Assembly (NCBI GenBank): GCA_029939135.1
Contig: JAOZTP010000002.1
Location: forward strand, 1-40,664
DNA from: Desulfobacterales bacterium
Lineage (GTDB): Bacteria; Desulfobacterota; Desulfobacteria; Desulfobacterales; JAFDMD01
Length of the DNA: 40,664 bases
Reading direction: 5' to 3'
Of this stretch, positions 16,870 to 25,513 are shown one piece after another. The notes beneath the pieces are model-generated. The model was not told the DNA's origin. It saw only the letters and a list, made by a program, of their open reading frames with translations, and searched no databases. Position numbers and translations under genes: made by a program. How positions within the stretch are numbered: the first letter of the stretch is position 1; every line of letters starts with the position of its first letter.

Positions 16870-18867
16870 TTATACCTCCCTTTTATTCGGTTCGGTTTTT
16901 TGACCTTTTTTATTCGGCAAAATCTCTCTTTTTATGAAATCTTCGCTAACATAATTTAAACCGAGTTGGTTTAAGCTTTCTTCGGTAGGGATTCCGTCTT
17001 GATTCCATCCTTTAAGTTTGTAATATTCGTCTAAAAGCTTTTCTTCCAATTCCGGAAATCTTTTTTTCCAATGGTTTTTCGGCGGCTTGTCGTCTTTTCT
17101 TCTCATTCCTCTTCTTATATTGATAGCTCTTATAAGGGTTCTGTATCTTTTTGCGGCGGCGGTTAATTTTTCTTCGTCCATATCAATTCCGACTCCCGCA
17201 GATATAAATTTTGGATAATTATGTATATGATAAGGAGGTTTTAACGGAAATGAGGATAAGCCAGCGCACATTCCCAAAGCGTCGTCTATGTAATGCATTT
17301 TTTCCTGCCAATCCACTATGTCGCAGGTCATTTCAACGGTCGGATAAAAGGGTATCGAATTTTCTCCGCGAAGTTCCCAATCTAAAAAGTATTGTTTGAA
17401 TTTTTCGTCCGGAACATGGAACCAGTCCTTTACAAACGCTTCTCTTTGTTCTCTTTTCGGAAATGGCGCTTGCGGAAACTGCCCTTCTATTTGGGTGATA
17501 TTAATTTTTTCGCCGGTAGCATACATAAGAAAGTATATAGGATTTAACATGGATAATTTAAGCGGCAGTTGCTCATGTTTTTTGATGTTGTTATGAGCGT
17601 ATTCTTCGGCTCCATCGCCAATTTTTTTTGACGCCCAATATGTTCCGTCCGCCAGTATATCCCCTATTCCTTCTCTTTTTACTATTTTATCGAGAAGCCA
17701 ATAGAATCTTCCTTCGTTATCTTTCGGCATGCCCGGAAAATCTTTATCCTTTAATATGCCGTTTTCGTAAAGTTCCAATGCAAACGCCATAACCTGCGGA
17801 GCGGAAAAACTGTCAACGCCATGTTCCGTAGCTATTTGAGCGATTTTTAATCCAAAATCAAGATCGGACATTGCCGCCATTGTATAGGTAAGTTTGGAAA
17901 AGCATTTCATCATGTATGTAGGCATTCCCGGAAGGGTGAGAGTCGCGCCGCATTTCATCGGGCAGTTGTAACAGCTTATAAGCCTTGTTTGCGCGTCATT
18001 CATTGTTTTTGTCCATGCTTTTGCTGTATCTTCGGTCCAAAAGCCTTTTCGACGAACGCGCGAATTTCCCCACATAAAGTTTTCGGTATGCCATTTTTCA
18101 TCATGTATTTTCATCTCTTGAGGCGAGCCGAGCCCCGCCAAAATCGGCATTACTCCGGGTATAGGATTTTCTTCTCGAAATTTTATATATTCCATAACTT
18201 CGTTGCAAAGTTCCATGAATTCTTCCGGTTTTGCAACATTTACATCTTTTGTTCCGCGAACGACTACCGCTTTTACGCCTTTATCTCCCATAACCGCGCC
18301 GAGTCCGCCTCTGCTTGCGCTTGATCTGCCCTGCTCTATGGAGGCGAAAAACACTCTGTTTTCTCCAGCCGTCCCTATAGAGGCTACTTGAGCTTTAGGC
18401 TGGTTTAACTCCTTTTTGATTATCTCCGCAGTCTCTATAGCCCCTTTCCCTTTTAAATGAGAGGCGTCTTTTATTTCAACTTTGTCATTATTTATCCATA
18501 AATAAACAAGGTCTGGAGATTTTCCGCGGAGTATAACTTTGTCGTAGCCTGCATATTTTAATTCCGGCGCCAAAAACCCGCCCATCATAGAAAACGCCAT
18601 TAATTCGGTTTGCGGCGATATTGTAGAAACTATGGTTCTGTTGCAGCCTATGGCTGGGGTTCCGCATAAAAGTCCTGCGGAAAATATTAATAGATTATCG
18701 GGAGAAAACGGCTTAACTTCCGGCGGGACTCTGTCCCATAATATTTTGGCGTTAGAGCCGAGCCCTCCGAGATAAAGTTCGGTATCGGCAGGATCCGTAG
18801 CTACCCTTTCGATATTTCCTAATGTTAGATCAATTTCGAGATTAAATCCGGTTTCTGCATATCTCAT
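16870..18867 (-). CDS. bamB: Aldehyde:ferredoxin-oxidoreductase-family tungsten enzyme (BamB-type catalytic subunit of class II benzoyl-CoA reductase)
   Basis: 665 aa. The N-terminus MRYAETGFNLEIDLTLGNIERVATDP..LYLGGLGSNAKILWDRVPPEV..CNRTIVSTISPQT is very close to my recollection of Geobacter BamB. The AOR fold is supported by the EQGRSSASRGGLGAVMGDKG motif. The gene heads the bamBCDEF order. Confidence 0.88.
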   Translation of the reverse strand: MRYAETGFNLEIDLTLGNIERVATDPADTELYLGGLGSNAKILWDRVPPEVKPFSPDNLLIFSAGLLCGTPAIGCNRTIVSTISPQTELMAFSMMGGFLAPELKYAGYDKVILRGKSPDLVYLWINNDKVEIKDASHLKGKGAIETAEIIKKELNQPKAQVASIGTAGENRVFFASIEQGRSSASRGGLGAVMGDKGVKAVVVRGTKDVNVAKPEEFMELCNEVMEYIKFREENPIPGVMPILAGLGSPQEMKIHDEKWHTENFMWGNSRVRRKGFWTEDTAKAWTKTMNDAQTRLISCYNCPMKCGATLTLPGMPTYMMKCFSKLTYTMAAMSDLDFGLKIAQIATEHGVDSFSAPQVMAFALELYENGILKDKDFPGMPKDNEGRFYWLLDKIVKREGIGDILADGTYWASKKIGDGAEEYAHNNIKKHEQLPLKLSMLNPIYFLMYATGEKINITQIEGQFPQAPFPKREQREAFVKDWFHVPDEKFKQYFLDWELRGENSIPFYPTVEMTCDIVDWQEKMHYIDDALGMCAGLSSFPLKPPYHIHNYPKFISAGVGIDMDEEKLTAAAKRYRTLIRAINIRRGMRRKDDKPPKNHWKKRFPELEEKLLDEYYKLKGWNQDGIPTEESLNQLGLNYVSEDFIKREILPNKKGQKTEPNKREV

Positions 18868-18944
18868 TTTTTTCCCCTTTATTAGTAGATTGGGTTGAGC
18901 TTTGCTTCACCCAACTTGCTTATTTTTTCCCTTTTATTAATAGA
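18868..18944 (-). repeat. bamB leader: duplicated ~22-nt RBS-containing segment flanking a hairpin
   Basis: 18868-18889 (TTTTTTCCCCTTTATTAGTAGA) and 18921-18944 (TATTTTTTCCCTTTTATTAATAGA) are direct repeats. They bracket the hairpin TTGGGTTGAGCTTTGCTTCACCCAA (18890-18914). Confidence 0.5.
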
Positions 18945-19027
18945 AGGTTATATAAAAAGTAACTACTTTATAGCTATGTTGTATTTACGTGTCAAGAATA
19001 AATAATTCCCGTTAAAGAACCGCTTTT

Positions 19028-19117
19028 TTTGCCTGTTTGTAGCGTTGGGCAAAATTTTTAATCCTTGAAGCGCTTAAGATTAAAAGTTTTCACCGCCTTG
19101 GAAGCAGAACAAACAGG
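19028..19117 (-). repeat. Family B element, degenerate copy upstream of bamB
   Basis: TTTGCCTGTTTGTAGCGTTGGGCAAAATTTTTAATCCTTGAAG...CACCGCCTTGGAAGCAGAACAAACAGG. The outer inverted repeat is CCTGTTTGT / ACAAACAGG. Confidence 0.4.
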
Positions 19118-19387
19118 TTATGTAAATACGCGAAATGAATTCTCCCCGCAAACATAATCATTGAATTGTTCATATTTTTTTTGACTTATAATAATATTAA
19201 TGTATATATTAACTATTTTTGTCCAATTTGTATCAATTTCTATCTGAATGGAGTTTCTTTTAACAGGCTTGTCTGGCGCTCATACTGCATTGATAATTTA
19301 AAATTAAAACGGCATTTTATACATGCTTTGCCGTTAAAAAACTATGTTAACATATTAATAAAATTTTTATAAAAAGAGAAATTAAGT

Positions 19388-21903
19388 ATGAAGATAAAAG
19401 GAATTTATTATTTTATCTTATTTATACTTATCGGAGCTGGCATTGCGGGAGCGAATGATTACTCAAACCCGATAACCCCAAGCCCAGTAACTACCCCGAT
19501 AACAATGACCAACGGAAGCGATAACTACACAAACACCATAATCGGCACAATTAATATTACTAGCGCACCCGGTATCGGTATAGATGCAAGCGCAAGCGCT
19601 GATACCGGCGACGATACTATTATAAACGCAGGAAATATTACAGTTTCAAGCGTAGGCGCAGGCATAGATTTTCACGAAGGCAACAACGCGCTTTATAATC
19701 AAGCTGTCGCCCGTATTAGTGTTACCTCTACCGCTTGCTGAACCGGGCATAATTTTTGGATCGGGCAACGATAACTTCACAAACTCAGGGTATGCTTCAG
19801 TTGCAAGCACAAGTGGTATCGGTATCGAAATGGGCGCTGGAGATGATAATATTACCAATTCCGGAACTTTGGATTCCAATAATACTATTGACGTCGGCGC
19901 TGGCAATGATAGTTTTATAAATGATGGAACTGTTACGGTTAACAGCGGCGCCCAACAGGGCATAAAATTAGGAGAAGGATACAACACATTTGAGAATAAA
20001 ACTTCCGGCATAATTAATATTAACTCTACTAATGATGGCATAACTTTTGGCGCGGACGACGATAGTTTTACAAATGATGGAAGTATTACAATTACGACAA
20101 CCGGAACAAACGCTATAGCAATGGGAGAAGGATACGATAACTTCACTACTTCCGGCGCGCTGAATTTTGATAAGCCTATTGACGGGGGAGCCGATACTGA
20201 CATTTTCACATTAAACGGAACTGCAATTCGATCCTTTGATCAGGACATTGTAAATTTTGAAACCATTAATAAAGAGGAATCCGGCTCTTGGGATTTAACC
20301 GGCGCAATAACCGGCGCAACGGCTATTAATATTAATAATGGCGAATTGCATCTTAACGGAACAATTACCGCGCCGATTAGCCTTGCAAGCGCGGGAGCTT
20401 TGGGAATTACAAGCCCCAATTCCATAGGGACTCTTAATTATGCCGGCAACTTTACTCAAAGTGCAGGGGGATTATTAATAGACGTAGATAACGAGAGCGC
20501 AGATTTATTCGCAATTACCGGAAATGCAAATATAACCAGCGGAACACTGATTGTTAATCCGCTGGCAAGCTATCTTGATTATGACTGGACGCAAAAAATA
20601 TTAGACGCCACAGGAATTCGCACAGGCGAGTTTGCTTCTATTCTTTCCACAAGCGCGCTATTTGAATTTGAAGGGGATTACACGGTAGCAAATGAAGTAT
20701 GGCTTAACAAAATTAACGTGCCATTGCTTACCGCTATGGAAAACGCCTCTACTCCGATAACCGCAAATAATATCTCTCAAGGAAACTATATTCAACAAGC
20801 TATAGAGGCGGGAGAAAGAAATTCTGTTAATTAACGCTTTAATCTCTTTATCTACCGCCGAAGACGTAATCAAAGCGATAGATACTCTTTCGCCGGAGAC
20901 TGTAGCCTCCGCCATTGGCGCAAGCCAACAGAATGTTTCAGCTCAAAATTTAAACGTATCTTCAAGATTGGGAATTCATCATAGATGGATAGGATACGGA
21001 ATGCCAAAATTGATCGCAGGTCTTGCATCCGACGCTTTCCCAATACTTTACGCAAATTCAAATCAGGCGGATACTCCGCTTAATTCCTTGTGGGTTAAAG
21101 GCATATACCTTAATTCTAAAAACGATGCGGACGACGGCAAGTTTGGATTTGAAACCGATACTCAAGGATTTAGCGTAGGTAAAGATTATTTAAAGAGCGT
21201 TTTACTTTACGGAGTTAGCGGAGGGTTTTCTCAATCTACAATAGATTATGACGATATTTCTTCCGAAGGGGAAATCGACACTTTAAATTTAAGCTTATAC
21301 GGCAGCTACGCTCCGGAAAGCTATTATATTGACGCAATATTATCATATTCAAACCATAATTATACAATGGAAAGAAAAATTTCTATTCTTAACGAAACCG
21401 CAACCGGCGATTACAGAGCGGACGAATATAGCGCTTCTCTTAAAGCGAGATATCCTATTAAATTAAACGCTTTTACATTTACTCCTATAGCCTCAGTTCA
21501 ATATTCGCATTATAAGCAAGATTCCTTTACCGAAACAGGCTCCTCCGCAGCCCTTGTTATAGAGGCGACAGATTCCAACTCCTTTATGACCGGGCTTGGG
21601 GCGTCAATAGGAAAAAGGTTTGATTACGGGCAATGGAAACATTTGCCTCATTTAAAGTTTATCTGGAAGCATGAATTATGCGATACCGCAGATAAGATTA
21701 AAGCAAGCTTTGCGGATTTAGGCGAATCTTACGGAACATTTGAAATAGAAGGCTACGATGCCGGCGCCGAAACCTATAATATAGGACTCGGACTGACCTC
21801 GTATAAAGGAAAAAAATTCTCCTTATTTTTGAATTACGATATAGACATAAAAGAGAACTATATTGCGAATTCGGTTACCGGAGGCTTAAAGTTTTACTTC
21901 TAA
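19388..21903 (+). pseudogene. Autotransporter (signal peptide, G-x-D-x-F/I-x-N-x-G repeat passenger, C-terminal beta-barrel) interrupted by two frameshifts
   Basis: The three track ORFs (19388-19741, 19719-20834, 20968-21903) lie in three different frames and read as one protein. The signal peptide is MKIKGIYYFILFILIGAGIAGA. Passenger repeats run across the first junction (GDDTIINAGNITV, GNDNFTNSG, GDDNITNSG, GNDSFINDG). The third frame is open back to ~20821 (ILLINALISLSTAEDVIKAIDTLSPE..), which is the typical linker before the barrel that ends ..GGLKFYF. Confidence 0.75.
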
Positions 21904-22050
21904 AAAAAGGCGTTGCATAATTTTGTAATTTGCTCAATTTCGGCTTTGAAAAAAGTTTTTAATCCTCGAAATACTACATGTATTCCTGCGGTTAAAAACT
22001 TTTTTCGCCTTGAACTTGAACAAACCACTTTGTTATATGCAACGCCTTTT
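21902..22050 (-). repeat. Family B element (full copy) starting at the autotransporter stop codon
   Basis: The outer arms are AAAAAAAGGCGTTGCATAA and TTATATGCAACGCCTTTT. The core is the reverse complement of the 16210 copy (AATCCTCGAAATACTACATGTATTCCTGCGGTT, TTCGCCTTGAA). Confidence 0.75.
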
Positions 22051-22272
22051 AATTATTCTTTTTCCAATTAAAAAAACATGCGTATTATGTGAGTTGTGTT
22101 GAGCGAAGCAAGACCCAACATTATTAAAAATCTTTTCCAAAGTCAAAATCATACAAAATCCAAAGCCTTTATTGTTGGAAGCAGGAAAGGAAAAAAGGAA
22201 GATAGAAGAAGAGTTCCCGTCGGTTATAATTAAGGGATAAAGCGGCATATTTTTTTTTATTGCAATTAATTA

Positions 22273-22352
22273 AGAGATTTCTCCTCGCCGCGCTCGTCGA
22301 AATGACAAGCAAAAATAAAAAGCCTGTCTTGTCGAGCAAAGCGAGAAATCCT
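22273..22352. repeat. Family A complete unit (two inverted half-sites)
   Basis: AGAGATTTCTCCTCGCCGCGCTCGTCGAAATGACAAGC-aaaaataaaaa-GCCTGTCTTGTCGAGCAAAGCGAGAAATCC. Confidence 0.7.
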
Positions 22353-22416
22353 TTTATTGTTTTTATAATTATTCTTTTTTCCGTTTTAATATTTTTAATA
22401 ACAAGCGTTCATTATG

Positions 22417-23229
22417 TTAAACATTTTTATATATAACCCGCTCTTTTCCCGCCGGAATAATAAATCCTGATTGTTTATCCATGTTTATAATGGTTATATT
22501 AAGTTTTAAGGCTATTTCAACCGCTATTGAAGTAGGGTTTGATAAGCTTATTAATATAGGAATTTTTGCTCTTGCGACTTTTTGTATTATTTCAAAACTA
22601 ATTCTGGATGATAATACCGCAAGCCGCATATCCGCCATTCTATTTTTAAGGAGCAAAAAGCCTATTGCTTTGTCCATTGCATTATGACGCCCCACATCCT
22701 CTCCTTGCGAGATTATATCAAGGTTTGAATTGAAAAACATAACCGCATGGGTTCCTCTTGTTTTGGCGTAATACTTTTGACGATTTAAAAACTTTTCAAG
22801 ACTTATGTTTATTTGTCGCGGAGTTACATTAAATTTATGGTCTGCAATATTAATATTTTTTATAAGATTATCTATCCTGTTTTTTGAAGATATTTCTCCG
22901 CCGGATTGATTAACAAGCCTTTTTTGTTCTAAACCTTTAAGTATGCTTTTTTTATTCTTATCCGTAAGTTTAACGGTGATCCGGTTTTTATCGGAATAAT
23001 CGATAGAGGCAATATTTTTATGCGATTTAATTATTCCTTCGGAAAGACATAAGCCTGCGGCAAGTTCAATTTCGTTTCCGCAAGTTCTCATAAGCGTTGA
23101 ATAGGGCGTATCCTCTATTGTTATAAGAAGCGGCTCTTCTAATACAAAGTCTTGCTTATCTTTGGTTATGCCGTTGTTTTTATAACGGATAATATTGTAT
23201 CTTTTATATGTTTTGTTGTCTGAGGTCAT
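22417..23229 (-). CDS. fdhD: Formate dehydrogenase accessory sulfurtransferase FdhD
   Basis: 270 aa with the FdhD/NarQ motifs GEDVGRHNAMDKAIGF and SSRISFEIIQKVARAKIPIL. Confidence 0.85.
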   Translation of the reverse strand: MTSDNKTYKRYNIIRYKNNGITKDKQDFVLEEPLLITIEDTPYSTLMRTCGNEIELAAGLCLSEGIIKSHKNIASIDYSDKNRITVKLTDKNKKSILKGLEQKRLVNQSGGEISSKNRIDNLIKNINIADHKFNVTPRQINISLEKFLNRQKYYAKTRGTHAVMFFNSNLDIISQGEDVGRHNAMDKAIGFLLLKNRMADMRLAVLSSRISFEIIQKVARAKIPILISLSNPTSIAVEIALKLNITIINMDKQSGFIIPAGKERVIYKNV

Positions 23230-23293
23230 TTTATTTTTTTTGTTTGTTTTGCTCGTAATTTGTTTTGCTTTTTAAGCCTATACAATAAAATTA

Positions 23294-25513
23294 CTATGTA
23301 TTATTGAACATTTTATCATAGATTTCGCTTGACGCCTCCTCCTCCGCCTGTCTTTCATAAGATAAGGCAAAGTCTCGCATAGCCGCGGCAAATTTGAAAT
23401 ATCCTTGTTCGTCAAGTTGTTCCGCTTTTTTTCGATTCTTTTTAGCCAGCTCCAAAGTGTTTTTACCGCCGTCAGATATACAAACCCCTCTGCTATTGAA
23501 GAGTTGAGTAGTAAATCCTAATCTCATCTGTTCGGCGTCTTTATTGTTAAGCGCTTCGGCTACTACCGGATGAATCCAAAGGTTATTCGTAGCTATGGCA
23601 TTTATTAATACGCATCCTATTTGTAATAAAGCCATATTAAGATGCCCCGTATCTTTAGCGCTCTGTTTTACCTCTTTAAGCCAATTTTTAAAAGAGGCAG
23701 GGTCAAAAGATCCGTCCGGCTGTGTTCCGGGCGGAGTTTTCCATTCATCCAAAAGTTTATAAGCCTGTTCTGCCAGATTTTTCCGCTGTTCCGTAGGCTC
23801 TTTTTTATTCTCTTTTTCCTTTTCCGACAAAAATACCAACCCGATTAATTCGCAAAAAAACTTAGGGTCGGATGCAAGACGGTTTTCCAAAGTCTTAGGA
23901 GAGCCTTCCGAAAATTGATCTAACAGGTTAAGTAAATTCCATTCTATAATAAACAGATCATCAATATTAGCATGGGGAGATTTTTGAAGTTTTATAATAA
24001 GTTCAATGACTCTATGCTGATCTAACTCTTTTTGAGGATGTTTAGAATTAATAAGTCCCAAAAGGGCTTTTGTTGCAAGAGTTGTAAATTCGGCATTAAA
24101 ATCTTTCTTCTTATAGGTTACATGCCCTAAACACCGGATTGCCGCATTAGGGCGGTTATATTGAATAAATTTTTTAATACATTCGGTAAAATGCTGCTCA
24201 TCTTTTGACGGATAAAATGAACTATTTTGCCAGTATAACCCTTCGTCCGTTTTAAGATGTTTATTTGCGCGCATCCATGTTTCTTTTTCAAATGGAAGCA
24301 GAGTTAAAAATACGCTTTTTTGAGCAACGTTCCATTTATTTGTCAATAGATTATCCGCCCATTCCCATTTTTTCCCTTCTTTCCAAAATCTACTCCATAC
24401 AAAGCCTTTAATTAATTTTTTTTCAAATTCGTTTTTGCTTATTAAAAGCTTCGGAAGAATCTCTTTTTCAATGGAATTTGAAGCTATATTGCCAAGCGTA
24501 AATCCCACTTGAAATGGGTCGGAAACATTTAACGCAAAATTAAGCAGATATGATATTCCTCCCGTATCCAAAATTTTTGTCAAAGCATTTTCACGAATAT
24601 CTTCAAGACGCTTTTTTTGTTCTTCATAATTTCCTTTTTCGTCATATAAGTTATAATAACGCTCGCCAAAAAGATACCGATACCGTATATCCGGCGAATT
24701 TGGCGTTAGAGCGTCAGCCGCTTTTTCAATTTTAATAAGAACATTTTCAGACATTGCCCATTGCGCATCGGAAAACTTCCGGTATTTTCTAACTATATTA
24801 TTTAAAGTCTCCCAAATAGGCAGACGTTCTATTTCGGGCAGATTAATTATAGGTTCCGAAGTAAGATGATTTATAATCTTATCTCGGGCAGGATCGGATA
24901 GATCGGAAATGCGATTTATTAATTCATTAAGCTTTTTTCTATCCGACCGTGCAATTTTAACTGCCATTTCAGTATAAACAGTAATTTGCTCCCAATATTC
25001 ATTCGTAGTAACTATATTTTTCCAATCGGGCGAAATTAAGTCGCGCCAGATCGGACGACGGCATCCCGAAGTTGTTCCATGACTGCGCGGAAGTAATGTA
25101 AGCAGTAGTTTCCAACCGATTTTTGAATGTTCTTTTATCAAAGTTTCTATTGCCGCAATTCGCTTTTTCATATTAGCGCAGGTTTGAAGATGCCAAGGCA
25201 GCAAAATATCGGTTAAAGAATTTAGCGGGCGATTTGCCCAATTTCCGCCGGGGTCTATAGAAGCCAAATCTCCGAAGATAAGAATTACCCGAGTCAAATA
25301 GTCGGAATGCCAAGCAAGACCTTCTAATGCCCATAGCAAGCCGCTGATGTAATTCCTTCCGGCAATGCCATCGCTTGATTCTTGAGCAAAAATTTTATGA
25401 AACGGACTTTTTTCAATATCTATAAGAGCCGCTTCTACGGCTTTTAAAAACTCTTCGGGCGAGGCTTCCGCAATAAGCGGGAGTAATCGTTCTAAGCTTG
25501 CCATCTTTCCCAA
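23294..25513 (-). CDS. Orphan 739-aa all-helical (HEAT/ARM-like) protein, second gene of the overlapping pair
   Basis: Long uninterrupted ORF. The track start is TTG 25513; the alternative ATG 25504 still overlaps the upstream gene. The sequence is rich in Leu/Glu/Lys amphipathic helices and W-containing repeats. I recognised no catalytic motif. Confidence 0.6.
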   Translation of the reverse strand: MGKMASLERLLPLIAEASPEEFLKAVEAALIDIEKSPFHKIFAQESSDGIAGRNYISGLLWALEGLAWHSDYLTRVILIFGDLASIDPGGNWANRPLNSLTDILLPWHLQTCANMKKRIAAIETLIKEHSKIGWKLLLTLLPRSHGTTSGCRRPIWRDLISPDWKNIVTTNEYWEQITVYTEMAVKIARSDRKKLNELINRISDLSDPARDKIINHLTSEPIINLPEIERLPIWETLNNIVRKYRKFSDAQWAMSENVLIKIEKAADALTPNSPDIRYRYLFGERYYNLYDEKGNYEEQKKRLEDIRENALTKILDTGGISYLLNFALNVSDPFQVGFTLGNIASNSIEKEILPKLLISKNEFEKKLIKGFVWSRFWKEGKKWEWADNLLTNKWNVAQKSVFLTLLPFEKETWMRANKHLKTDEGLYWQNSSFYPSKDEQHFTECIKKFIQYNRPNAAIRCLGHVTYKKKDFNAEFTTLATKALLGLINSKHPQKELDQHRVIELIIKLQKSPHANIDDLFIIEWNLLNLLDQFSEGSPKTLENRLASDPKFFCELIGLVFLSEKEKENKKEPTEQRKNLAEQAYKLLDEWKTPPGTQPDGSFDPASFKNWLKEVKQSAKDTGHLNMALLQIGCVLINAIATNNLWIHPVVAEALNNKDAEQMRLGFTTQLFNSRGVCISDGGKNTLELAKKNRKKAEQLDEQGYFKFAAAMRDFALSYERQAEEEASSEIYDKMFNNT

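Noticed and set aside
22033-22248. Short ORFs in repeat-rich intergenic DNA (22033-22248, 29972-30154, 3664-3873, 16572-16959, 19166-19372, 32628-32903)
   Set aside because: They are built from family A/B repeat sequence or overlap the ends of real genes. They have no RBS and no recognisable motifs. The same repeat class is known to generate spurious conserved ORFs.
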